Of a stretch of 64,000 nt of DNA, positions 50,301-58,215 are shown in pieces; position 1 is the first letter of the stretch, and every line of letters starts with the position of its first letter. Source of the DNA: a virus. Lineage: Duplodnaviria; Caudoviricetes. The notes beneath the pieces were generated by a model. The model saw only the letters and a list, made by a program, of their open reading frames with translations, was not told the origin of the DNA and made no database searches. Position numbers and translations under genes: made by a program. The stretch spans positions 160,001-224,000 of the IMG/VR virus record IMGVR_UViG_3300021431_004083, one strand, 5' to 3'.

Positions 50301-50406
50301 CGTTCCTACCGGAAACAACACCTCTGTCGGTACGGAGCTGATTACGATAGCAACGCTCGCTCGCTTCGTTACGTCTTTGTATCGGGTCGGCTAACAACAC
50401 ACTCAT
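44365..50406 (-). CDS. Single-chain two-barrel DNA-dependent RNA polymerase (beta and beta' cores fused)
   Basis: Beta-like: YTMNDSVLFSKRF, GDKASVGGGNKAT, DFVMSPQTFPGRFD, TADSKLH; beta'-like: WRDPIL...LAGDFDGD (DFDGD at 45871-45885); GGAGG RBS before MSVLL. Confidence 0.9.
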   Translation of the reverse strand: MSVLLADPIQRRNEASERCYRNQLRTDRGVVSGRNAVYSGQSTYSPFVRRLLNESVFREAMFSLNETLQAEGERGIPLSYARQLHEEFITTGMSYFSDDTLTAFNMRKTMPIDMDNITASNFANALRAFIKAKTGRDDLDCLSNDGLSKIAGDVRQSFARGFAPLSPYDSRFFMCEWALSSNGSAVYAPVGDKDNGNGGMSLCNASGIPYMDTDMNAFYERIPLYASPDADSMLGEDGRVVTPNSDTAPMVLRSENDLYGLSYLHRYVPQKNPESIENIDRWVKSSGFPMSETAIRSSVAILHHLNDKGVSYTIEPDTSYAAGHVNAVTANKTHIRITSPSNYENNIGRCYNGGLVYYASTDQTVPDYELGQDGRYRLEDGKKIPKVRTGKDGRQWQGEVRAEYMIPIEDRLAVVDYAVGVTPDVANLGEFGSYNTTMYSRQARMNIPSVRQNSFYHTTKQGHRMFRADVKPLPNRCFVRRNNRNQALGIDGLPISYATSNKPAQMSTTNKVHMIVDNKRRYRNISFSSAEEANQFIMEAVDSAKLMFASSVDIDRLLDEADTHGMDYTPVFDEDSVISSVQQSFWALIRQAQEDDGSSYDRELTKERLMSQLSNQFMPERIGYYNSPDDCLINPLLVSRYMTTTNTTGDISHRALSAAFLAANVSRDKFKGEGSSFNAFCEGLVQFDEASQTSLKNLLDSYQDGPQKEIIQSVCDSLTNAITATGCDFDLSKDAFIDDNGIIKYKARRIVVDDLNKSMTGTNISYEPVEGTIGQVFLPDGMGLIETKFNHDDNYLFVPDYEADILPQKPGENKTYEERLCLRGYADVLHDFITARVRSDIVKGVPDFESNTALNRTYRMLRSERFPLNILEKNKRTGMSPELFDDKIYTLSRRFHLPSIYGNSTIRAASLYALSDRKGLANDLNITDPFVRSGFEDISILTDNGYTSKTVTSVNSSMGLNRCLSDGAVLQKRGQNSGHLIIPTDDEELKETRLVRNHMPYAQYSPTDRDMMRASNLLSCRRVAPAVGAFATIGCYTMNDSVLFSKRFAEENGVEGVNAVLTQLGFDDDKLLDSLDDAIEMRSLMSGDKASVGGGNKATAARIVDTDVPERNAMYSGHYMPWKLFKDNPSLDFVMSPQTFPGRFDGYTTREAMDGYAKGNVPDGGVLHIDGKDIPGALCRLDVIINEQTADSKLHVYDAHSGKGRSASAQLTAALIANNAKSIVREFKGSDVASFERLRESLIPLGFDVDEYGNAHLGYSEHEGEERKVVRLPELQYTTNENGERIVDKEAMRNEMFSQLNSYGGFIEVPFQMTLPSGMPLMESYGDDGQPNGNYLLPLLPPYLRSGFDSNGDGPDIYHGYTYAYQRILMNSLEYKALQENQSSVDDFGKMNSLRASIEKEYRNSITNDLEARVFHSKHGLFKQTLARPLPNSATVVWVANPSCKIEEITMGAKMAERLGFVDGDYAMIWRDPILSDGGIRAPKIHIDSDYEDVVGVSPLLMKSLAGDFDGDTIGITKIKGKQALDELIRNFGVVNNALDTHYVAEDGKFDLYYDTGLDIQAVCDAHPELGERLSALRDKFNDDYHLRDENYIEWMATNEKHFEEFNDWYIDAQEADCGINVIQFDSLENNLRSVAACIENGSKGKPDSFDKYCRYLGVTFDAERDEDGHICKDADGKLMVDYSTIKDEGHTLSTWEDRVATQTALSAKNQFTGSYGKQTQHIITATLGAFFDGPSACEGKSACRAGINISEGMTQSALSAKHNVEQARRLIHNVLTSDSPLKALWAGKAIKTSVNADGNPIWIADEARAKDRLSPEEWKKQFTDFATSPFGCDAAVNPEYMDLISRAMTLTDNKGNKYIGSIERVATHRSEILEQAYHPNLKSFASHIAEAGGSLNIYGIDVNAIKRQLSGIEDASKAKETFDKALNDGNVAYVYAPELILWNIAHDAAPEAFNQLHSKDKRVQSRSVEGDYQTQAVAAKATSASVGQRPRIQTPFDLGFHSVSKASDAPNY

Positions 50407-50430
50407 AATAAAAAGCCTCCAATCTAAAAT

Positions 50431-50542
50431 AAAAAAGCAGAAACGACAGTGCATTTCTGCTTCGAAACCCGTATTCAATCACAAAGCAAAAATCCGTCTC
50501 TGTCTCTGCTTGTATTATAAACCCGAAATATAAATTTGTCAA
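50431..50542 (-). promoter_or_regulatory. RNAP gene promoter and leader with premature terminator (attenuator-like)
   Basis: TTGACA-N17-TATAAT (50542-50514); leader hairpin AAGCAGAAATG...CGTTTCTGCTT + TTTT (50462-50431) upstream of RBS. Confidence 0.7.
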
Positions 50543-50554
50543 AGAATTTTTATA

Positions 50555-50664
50555 CAAAAATACAATTCCGCCGGTTGCACCAAAACCGACGGAATTGCAA
50601 TATATCAAAATAAGGAGGATTCTGTGCGCGGAGCCCACACGCGCACCATGAAATGAGTAATCAC
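50555..50664 (-). ncRNA. Independently transcribed ~110-nt sRNA with exposed anti-SD
   Basis: TTGACA-N17-TATACT (50699-50671); hairpin GTGCGCG/CGCGCAC; single-stranded AATCCTCCTTA; terminator 50599-50556; no ORF with an RBS. Confidence 0.7.
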
Positions 50665-50717
50665 ATATAGAGTATAAACTATATGTAAAAAATTGTCAAT
50701 ACCTTTTTACAAATTTA

Positions 50718-51647
50718 TTAATCAAAACTGATTTGTTCATACTCTCGCGAAACAGAAGAGTCAGCGGTCGGCGCAACATGCTCCAAAACCGCAGGCATCT
50801 GTCGCTCATTCTTATAGATATTTGCACGACGAAAAGTAGAATCCTCTGCGGAATTCAACGTACTGAACCGAATGTTTGACTGGTCAAAAGAGCCCCGAAC
50901 AACATGAGAACCGTGAAACTGCGAAGAACAAGCGTTCATCCGCTCCAAAGAAGACTGAGAAACTGACGTATGTCCCTGAACTTCCGCGCTGTATAACTTA
51001 CTGTTATAAACTGAAGAATTGCCCCTGACAGAAGATTCATGCACAACACTATCCACCTTTATATCAGAAGCATCGACAGTACTGCCGTCAACATTGCTTT
51101 TAAAAACAGAAGAAGAAGAAATCTTCGAGCCTGACACATGCGCGTTGTCAAGAACGCTCAACATGATATTGGAATTAGCAGAAGGCGAAAATCCCAAATC
51201 AACCGTAGAAGAATCTACAATAGAACCCGAAATGTACGAACCAAATCCAACATTACTCTTCGTAACATAAGAACCGGAAACATCACCGCGCACAAAGCTG
51301 TCGCCGACATAAGAACGACCGGATATGCGTGAGGTTCCCAAAACAACAGTATTGGGGGAGCCATAAGACATATCCTCATAAGAAGAATCAAACGACATAA
51401 AACCGATACAGTCACCCTTCTTTACGGCAGGGGAAAACAAGCCCCTCTTACGCATGAGCTCATTCGCCCAAGGCTGTATATTCACCAAAGCGTACGCGGG
51501 AAAAACAGTATAAGAACAACCGTCCCCATCTGTTATATTACGAGGGTCGTTATAGTCTTTATAATAGTGAGCATGCTCACTCTTGGCAAAATCCTTTGCT
51601 GTTTGTCTTTTAGACTTTATTGCTTTGTTTCTTTTTAAAAAACGCAT
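50718..51647 (-). CDS. Ser/Val-rich beta-solenoid-like repeat protein with C-terminal RQMP tag
   Basis: Short-period S-x-V/I repeats (VSGSYVTKSNV, ISGSIVDSSTV, VDGSTVDASDI). Confidence 0.75.
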   Translation of the reverse strand: MRFLKRNKAIKSKRQTAKDFAKSEHAHYYKDYNDPRNITDGDGCSYTVFPAYALVNIQPWANELMRKRGLFSPAVKKGDCIGFMSFDSSYEDMSYGSPNTVVLGTSRISGRSYVGDSFVRGDVSGSYVTKSNVGFGSYISGSIVDSSTVDLGFSPSANSNIMLSVLDNAHVSGSKISSSSVFKSNVDGSTVDASDIKVDSVVHESSVRGNSSVYNSKLYSAEVQGHTSVSQSSLERMNACSSQFHGSHVVRGSFDQSNIRFSTLNSAEDSTFRRANIYKNERQMPAVLEHVAPTADSSVSREYEQISFD

Positions 51648-51670
51648 AACACATCATCCTTCCCAAAAAA

Positions 51671-51886
51671 TTAACCACCGAACTGATAATCATCCGAAAA
51701 CTCATATTCCTCCGGCAGGTTGCGCGGTAAACGACGAGCCCGCTGACGAGGATTCGCTTCGACATCATGACGAATACGAGCGTTTCCGTCATCAAGCGAT
51801 TTTCTCGAATCAAAACCACGAGATAACGCTTCATCCTCGCTGATATAACGACCGACAGACGCGTCATAAAAACGGTTATTCGACAT
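51671..51886 (-). CDS. Small protein carrying C-terminal RRLP tag
   Basis: AAAGGTGG RBS; own TTGTAA/TATACT promoter. Confidence 0.7.
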   Translation of the reverse strand: MSNNRFYDASVGRYISEDEALSRGFDSRKSLDDGNARIRHDVEANPRQRARRLPRNLPEEYEFSDDYQFGG

Positions 51887-51988
51887 GCGAAAACACCACC
51901 TTTATATCCTACAAAAAAAGTATAACACACAAATCGATATTTTACAAGAAAAAAATCCCCTCCCGTCAAAACGAAAAGGGGATTTTTA

Positions 51989-54900
51989 TCAAAGAATACG
52001 CTTTCGTATAAAAATAACAAAAGGCAAACAACACAAAAGCAAAACAAACGCAATAATATAATACAATGCAGAACCCATACCGCCTGTATCAGGCATTATC
52101 AATTCTACAATATTAGATACACTGACATTTACCTCTGTACGATTACCCGCTTCATCGAAAAGAACAACTGTCTCCTGTCCGTTTTCGTGAAAACGTTTTG
52201 TCAAACGCGTTCCGTCATTCGACAAAACCCAACCGTCAACAGGCTGTACGGTTTCATCCGCATCTATAGTGACGTCAACAGGCTCCGTCGTATAAACATC
52301 TGAACTGTAAGAAACAACAGCGCTCGGTGCGGTGGTATCTGTGCCTGTCTTATTCAGACGCAAGCTCGGACGAAGAACCGTAAAAACGTCCTTGCCGAAC
52401 AACACCTTCAGCTCGTTTGCCGAATTGATTTTCGGTGACAAATCACCAAACAAACGATAGATAGACTTAACAGATTCGCCGTCTTTTTTCTCTTCCTTTA
52501 TACCGATAAATCCAAATAACTCTTCGCCGTTCACCGTGATTTTATCATCCTCTTCCACATACATGAAATAATAAAACCCGCTTTCAGACGGATAAGCCTT
52601 TTTGGCGGTCTGCTCATTGCGATAAACCAAAATGTCACCCGTCTGGAAGTTATCACTGCGAATATTAGGCGCTCTATCGGTCCTCTCACCCAAACGAGAC
52701 GGCTGCTCGTATGTTTTCAGCCGTTGAAACAAACTACCGTCTGCCCTCTCTTTAATGAACAAACCACCATAATAACCGGGAAGAAGCATATCAAAATAAC
52801 TATTATCCTCATTCAGATAAATAGATGACTTCTTCTTGTCCGCATACCAAAAATGATGCCGCATACGCTGTTTCACAAGGTCATCGATATCATAATCAGC
52901 CAATCCGGGAGAAAAACTAAGACCTTTGTTATAGATATCCTCGACAAAATCAGCACCGGACAAACCACCAAACTGTGAATCATGCAGCAACGTTGTCATT
53001 CTCGACAAAAGACTCTGTTTCTGTTCATCATTCAAATTATAACCAATAGTGGTCTCAACAGTAGACGTCGCGATATTATCAACATATCCTTCAGATATGA
53101 CCTTCTTACCGCAATACTCAACACGATCTGACACTCGAACTGTAAAAGTCAACGTCAATCGCTCACCGGGAGATAATTCATCATTGACGTCCCAAACCAC
53201 CTCATTGTCCGAAACAGAAGCGTTTGGCGCTGATTCAAGCGAACTCCACGACGGTATCTTTTCCCGTACAACAAAAGGTCGATAAGTAGACTTACCCCGA
53301 TTTTCAATCAAAAGAGAATATGTCAACGAATCTCCGGGCTGCACCACACCTCTGTTATAATTATATCCATCGGCAGCCTTATTAACTGTTTTCTCGATAT
53401 AAATATCTTCATATCTCAATCTCGACATTGTGGGCGCGGGTATTGTGATGTCTGTTAACGTACGATCAGTACATACACAACCGTAAATGCTGTTATCGTC
53501 GTCCTCATATTTCGTAGCATAATACTGATACGTGGGATTGCCTGATTCATCTCGAAGAACAGGACGCAAAATAGCAAAGCTATTCATATCCCTGCAACTG
53601 TGCAAAGCAGGCGGACGTCTTTCCGAGCCGTAACGATAATAGATAAGATTGCGTTCCGTAATTGTTCCTTCAACGATACCCGTAACACTGTTATTACGTT
53701 CCGCATAACTCAAACCGACAAAAGCGGCTTCACCGTCACGTATCTTTGTCGTGTTTTTGTCATAATTGCTGCCTGACTCTCGTATAAGCGCGTCGACAAC
53801 ATTGTTGTTTTCATCACGAACCAAATCATAAACCATACAAGTATGCCCGCGACCCGAGGCTTCCTCACCATGGGACCAACATATAACATCACCGGGACGC
53901 AGACCAACATCATTTAACAAATAATTACCATACGCAACAATATCATCCGAGATATTCCCGTTCTCATGATAAGGCGAGACAGTTTTTTCGTTGCCCTCAT
54001 TATCGTAAAAAACAAAGGGCTTACTATCCTGTCGTTCCCAATATTCTACAACGCCATTAGCGTCAACGGCACTTGGGTCATAATAAGCCTTAGCATACGC
54101 AAGCATATTCTGCACGGCAAACGGTATTGATATACCAAGCCCGTTATAATATTCCAAGAAAGTAAAGCCCGAACACACGGTATGCATCATATATTGCGAA
54201 GTCGCTTGCTCAGGCGCCATATAATTGGTCTTTCGAGCAGTACAATACTGCAAATCAATTCCCCTGTTATAGTAGGCATCCATTGTTGCCTTTACAGCAG
54301 CCTCAAGCAGAACATCGGCACTGATGGTGCTGATATCAACAACAGTCTTTTCGATATCACCTGCATGAGCTGATATCTTTAAACGGAAATCATGAACACG
54401 GTCCAAAAAATCAGTTATTTTATCTTTTGTCGAAGCCTCTGCATTAAAACAAAGCGAATAAATACCGACAAAACCGCTTTCCAAGCTTCCTTTACTGTGT
54501 TCAGGGTACTCAGTTATTGTTTCCGTTTTACCTGTAGCGCAATCAACCAACTCATACTTGATTTCGCTCAAAGGATAGTTAGAATAAACTGTACCCTTAA
54601 GACCGTCATGAATATCGTCAATTGTATTAGGCTGCAAAACCTCGATAAACGGCAAGTCACGCTCCTTGTTAACAAAGACATTCAATCGAGCAGGAACAAA
54701 ATCAGTATTCAACAGCTTTTGAAAAGATACCTTCCGATTTACATTAAAACATTTCGTCACACCTGAAAGGTCATCAAGTGACGAGATATCTGTATAATCG
54801 GGATTAGGTGTAAACGGAACAATGACATCTGTCGAAGAAAGCCTATATTCGTCGGAAACAGAAGCCTCGGGACCCGCCGTCGAAATAGCGATGTCCGTGC

Positions 54901-56383
54901 AAATCACATAACTCGCTTCCCCGTCGATATTACCCGACTCATCTCTGACAACATGCGGATAGCCTGAAGCCATCCTCACATGCGAATAATTAGACGTATG
55001 TGACGAAATCGTATCAGCAGGCTTTAACTCGGCATACGCCTCAAATAAATCTTGAGCGGTATAATACTCATTAGTGCCCGGTTTATAATCAAACGAATCG
55101 AAAACAACATCAGATGAACCGCCATTAAGAAACGCTGATGGCGGAACTATCTTAGTCGAACGCTTCGTACCGGACAAAATTAGATTGCCAAGCGGAGTAA
55201 CAAGATGGCTGTCGAACGCTCTCGACACACAATCAGTACCGACCATATCACCACAATATCTACCCTGCGCAAAACTCACGGAATAAGAACAATCCTGCCC
55301 CGGCAGCCTATTCATATCATCAGGTACATGTAACACATGCGTCAAAGGTGAATCAGACGTCGTTTCGCAAAGACCGTCAAAAACCCCCAAGGTAACACGG
55401 TTTCGTTGCGTATACGGAAGACCGTAATAAGAAACACCCGGTATATATCGAGCGACAACTCTCTCCGTATCGCCCAACGTACGCACGTCTCGTGCCTCTT
55501 TATCAGGTGTCCACTTATAAGTCGCTTCGTTATACATCTCCTGAACGATTTCAGTGCGTAATTCTTCCTCCTCAGTCTCGTCGATTGTATCGGTTTCTAC
55601 ATACGACGGTTTCTCATAAACAGAATCTTTATAACCAACGAGCTTGACGCCGGAAAAATTAAAGTCACCCGTCGTACGCCAATCGCCCGTAAAAGTTACA
55701 TCTGTATTAATGTACTGAGGATAATTTCCGTAGGGCAAAATATCAATCTGACTGATAGCGGCGCCATCGTCAATTGAAATCGTATCACTTATCAGATTAA
55801 AATTACGCTCATAATATTTGTAATCAGACTGAGATAAAGATGAACGCTCATATAGTCCCGTAAATTCCCAATAATACAAACCAAAAGGACCGTGGCGATG
55901 TCCGTTAGAATCAGTAACAAAAATCTGCAAGCCATCAGTCTTCATCAAAGATGTATGAGAGAAACACGAAAAATAATCAATGACAAGCCTCACATCATTG
56001 TAACGATTCAAAGGCGTTGAACTGATACCTGATGAGATTGTGATTGTCAAAGGCTCGTCATCTGTATTAGACATATTACTTTTAAAGTTCTTACGAAAAA
56101 CAAAAGAACGCTTTAGATTACCGTGATCGTCTGTTTGATTTTTTGCTACGAAACAACCACTGCGATCAGCATTGGACGGCCATTTCCTTCGACAAGCAGA
56201 AACCTCATCCGTATCATCGACACGTGCTTCATAAAGCACGTCGGTAGAATCATCTTCCGCAGCATCGTTGTCAGACGTCGCGGATACCGTCGCAAACGGA
56301 AATGATAAAAATATCAAAAGAACAACCAGAACCAAGGATGAAACCGAAATAAAAAAATTCTTTGATAATGTACTAAACATCAA
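51989..56383 (-). CDS. Large sortase-type wall-anchored protein with two putative papain-like Cys-His domains and a DUF11-like domain
   Basis: Signal peptide; YYGLPY...GQDCS...SHVRM; TVCSGF...PGDVI...GHTCMV; VQPGDSLTYSLLIENRG; MPDTG + TM + RKR tail. Confidence 0.75.
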   Translation of the reverse strand: MMFSTLSKNFFISVSSLVLVVLLIFLSFPFATVSATSDNDAAEDDSTDVLYEARVDDTDEVSACRRKWPSNADRSGCFVAKNQTDDHGNLKRSFVFRKNFKSNMSNTDDEPLTITISSGISSTPLNRYNDVRLVIDYFSCFSHTSLMKTDGLQIFVTDSNGHRHGPFGLYYWEFTGLYERSSLSQSDYKYYERNFNLISDTISIDDGAAISQIDILPYGNYPQYINTDVTFTGDWRTTGDFNFSGVKLVGYKDSVYEKPSYVETDTIDETEEEELRTEIVQEMYNEATYKWTPDKEARDVRTLGDTERVVARYIPGVSYYGLPYTQRNRVTLGVFDGLCETTSDSPLTHVLHVPDDMNRLPGQDCSYSVSFAQGRYCGDMVGTDCVSRAFDSHLVTPLGNLILSGTKRSTKIVPPSAFLNGGSSDVVFDSFDYKPGTNEYYTAQDLFEAYAELKPADTISSHTSNYSHVRMASGYPHVVRDESGNIDGEASYVICTDIAISTAGPEASVSDEYRLSSTDVIVPFTPNPDYTDISSLDDLSGVTKCFNVNRKVSFQKLLNTDFVPARLNVFVNKERDLPFIEVLQPNTIDDIHDGLKGTVYSNYPLSEIKYELVDCATGKTETITEYPEHSKGSLESGFVGIYSLCFNAEASTKDKITDFLDRVHDFRLKISAHAGDIEKTVVDISTISADVLLEAAVKATMDAYYNRGIDLQYCTARKTNYMAPEQATSQYMMHTVCSGFTFLEYYNGLGISIPFAVQNMLAYAKAYYDPSAVDANGVVEYWERQDSKPFVFYDNEGNEKTVSPYHENGNISDDIVAYGNYLLNDVGLRPGDVICWSHGEEASGRGHTCMVYDLVRDENNNVVDALIRESGSNYDKNTTKIRDGEAAFVGLSYAERNNSVTGIVEGTITERNLIYYRYGSERRPPALHSCRDMNSFAILRPVLRDESGNPTYQYYATKYEDDDNSIYGCVCTDRTLTDITIPAPTMSRLRYEDIYIEKTVNKAADGYNYNRGVVQPGDSLTYSLLIENRGKSTYRPFVVREKIPSWSSLESAPNASVSDNEVVWDVNDELSPGERLTLTFTVRVSDRVEYCGKKVISEGYVDNIATSTVETTIGYNLNDEQKQSLLSRMTTLLHDSQFGGLSGADFVEDIYNKGLSFSPGLADYDIDDLVKQRMRHHFWYADKKKSSIYLNEDNSYFDMLLPGYYGGLFIKERADGSLFQRLKTYEQPSRLGERTDRAPNIRSDNFQTGDILVYRNEQTAKKAYPSESGFYYFMYVEEDDKITVNGEELFGFIGIKEEKKDGESVKSIYRLFGDLSPKINSANELKVLFGKDVFTVLRPSLRLNKTGTDTTAPSAVVSYSSDVYTTEPVDVTIDADETVQPVDGWVLSNDGTRLTKRFHENGQETVVLFDEAGNRTEVNVSVSNIVELIMPDTGGMGSALYYIIAFVLLLCCLPFVIFIRKRIL

Positions 56384-56410
56384 TATGACCTCAATCCCGT
56401 ATACAAAAAA

Positions 56411-56953
56411 TCAAAAAGAAAACGAAACAAACAAAAGGATAGAACCGATAAACAGACATCCGATAAAAGCAGCGAGCATTGCCCATTTAATAACAGCGGG
56501 CGCAGAAAAACCTTCCAGATAAAACTCATCGGGGTTATTAGGATTACACCAAACCCACACGTTTTTAGGAAAAGCCTTTGTCTGCCCATAGTTCCATATA
56601 CGCTCATAAACGACGCCGTTAACGACATATCGAACAAGCGGATATTGATTCAAATCCCCTTCGCCTGCCGAACGGTGAACGATATTTCTGCGACCTGTCG
56701 ACAAAATCTCACCGGGAACACGATGAATACAAGCCTTTGTTTTCTTGTTTTGAGAAACGCATAAAAGAATAAACACAAACAGAAAGATAAAACCGATAAT
56801 CAAAATACCGAAAGAAAAAAATCTCAAAACAGAAAAACCCGAAAAAGAGTAAGAACGTGACACAAAAACACCTCGATTATCAACAAAAATTACTGAGATG
56901 ATTATATCACGATGGCAAAACAAATGCAACAAAAATCTCAGAAAAATCAGCAA
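56411..56953 (-). CDS. DUF3592-like membrane protein (start uncertain, probably ~56860)
   Basis: TM-VPGEI...YPLVRYVVNG...CNPNNPDEFY-TM. Confidence 0.7.
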   Translation of the reverse strand: MLIFLRFLLHLFCHRDIIISVIFVDNRGVFVSRSYSFSGFSVLRFFSFGILIIGFIFLFVFILLCVSQNKKTKACIHRVPGEILSTGRRNIVHRSAGEGDLNQYPLVRYVVNGVVYERIWNYGQTKAFPKNVWVWCNPNNPDEFYLEGFSAPAVIKWAMLAAFIGCLFIGSILLFVSFSF

Positions 56954-56991
56954 AAAAAAAACCCCTTGCTAAAACAAGGGGATAAATCTTT

Positions 56992-57666
56992 TTACTTATT
57001 TTGCGAAACACAAGACAACAAAACATACGCGGTCTTCTGTATAGGCATCGTCTGCAGATAAATATTACCAGGACCGGTGACGACCGTATTAAAAAGACCT
57101 TCGCCGCCGAGAAACTTATTCTTCAGACCTTTGACTGACTCAACGGTTAGCTTACAGGTAGCGTCCATCATCACGAGATGACCTGTATCAAGAATAAAAC
57201 GTTCACCCGCTTCAAGCTCATATTCCTGAAGCGCGCCGTCGACTTCCAAGAAAACGATACCGTTACCCGTGAATTGCTGCATCAAGAAACCCTCACCGCC
57301 GAAAAAACCTGCGCCGAGCTTCTTTTGGAAAAACACAGACATATCGACGCCGGGCGTACAGGCTAAAAACGCGCTTTTCTGCGCAATAACGGACCTGCCG
57401 TTCGAGATTTCAATCGCGAGAATCTCACCCGGAAAAGACGAAGCAAAAGCGATATCGCCATCACGATTCGCGTGATAAATATTACGGAACACAGACTCGT
57501 TCGTAAAAGCTCGACCGAGCATTTTGCCGAGACCTCCGCCCTTCGTCTTCATTGAAAAAACATCGTCCATCCACGACATACCGCCGTTTTCACAAACAAT
57601 CTCTTCACCCGCTTTAAGAGAACAAATAACAGCGGGCAGGTTACCGCCTATGATTTCATATTGCAT
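56992..57666 (-). CDS. AIM24/TIGR00266-family protein
   Basis: MQYEIIGGNLP, GFFGGEGF, GGEGLFNTVVTGPG..YLQTMP. Confidence 0.9.
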   Translation of the reverse strand: MQYEIIGGNLPAVICSLKAGEEIVCENGGMSWMDDVFSMKTKGGGLGKMLGRAFTNESVFRNIYHANRDGDIAFASSFPGEILAIEISNGRSVIAQKSAFLACTPGVDMSVFFQKKLGAGFFGGEGFLMQQFTGNGIVFLEVDGALQEYELEAGERFILDTGHLVMMDATCKLTVESVKGLKNKFLGGEGLFNTVVTGPGNIYLQTMPIQKTAYVLLSCVSQNK

Positions 57667-57737
57667 AAACCAAAATCCTTTCTCAAAACTCAATTTTAAT
57701 TATATACAAAATACAAACGATGTCAAGCTCTAACAAA

Positions 57738-57930
57738 CAAACATATTCGCAAGCTCAATGTTTGAGTATCTTTTTTTTTTACAAAAACCTTTATAAACCT
57801 TGACGCTTATACAATAAATGTAACGCGTGAATCCTTAGTCACGATTTAATAAACAAACACATATCCAAACATATTCGCAAGCTCAATGTTTGGATATCTT
57901 TTTTTTACAAAAACCTTTATAAACCTTGAC
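57738..57930 (+). repeat. ~65-bp direct repeat (57738-57804 and 57866-57930)
   Basis: CAAACATATTCGCAAGCTCAATGTTTG..TATC(T)nACAAAAACCTTTATAAACCTTGAC twice. Confidence 0.9.
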
Positions 57931-57954
57931 AAACCTTATAAAACCTTATATAAT
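57911..57954 (+). promoter_or_regulatory. Sigma-A promoter overlaid by four 10-bp-phased AAACCTT repeats
   Basis: AAACCTTTAT AAACCTTGAC AAACCTTATA AAACCTTATA; TTGACA 57926-57931, TATAAT 57949-57954. Confidence 0.85.
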
Positions 57955-57988
57955 GGAAATCACCACGAAAACAAAGGAGAGAGCATTT

Positions 57989-58177
57989 TTGAAAGAACAA
58001 TATTACACTGTCAAAAAATTCGCCGAAAAAATCGGCGTTCATCCGCAAACCCTGCGGAATTGGGACAAAAAAGGAATCCTCAAGCCGTCGGTCACATCAC
58101 CGACAGGCTATCGTTTATATACGGAAGAACAGTATATAAAATACATAAACGGCGAATATAACACCTCCGGCAACTGA
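57989..58177 (+). CDS. MerR/excisionase-type HTH protein
   Basis: YTVKKFAEKIGVHPQTLRNWDKKG...GYRLY; AAGGAG RBS before TTG. Confidence 0.85.
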   Translation: MKEQYYTVKKFAEKIGVHPQTLRNWDKKGILKPSVTSPTGYRLYTEEQYIKYINGEYNTSGN

Positions 58178-58215
58178 GCACGGCGAGCGAATCAGAAAAA
58201 AGAGAGGTGACATAT

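Noticed and set aside
57989-58177. IS607 transposase
   Set aside because: Only the MerR-type HTH is present; no serine recombinase domain or TnpB follows
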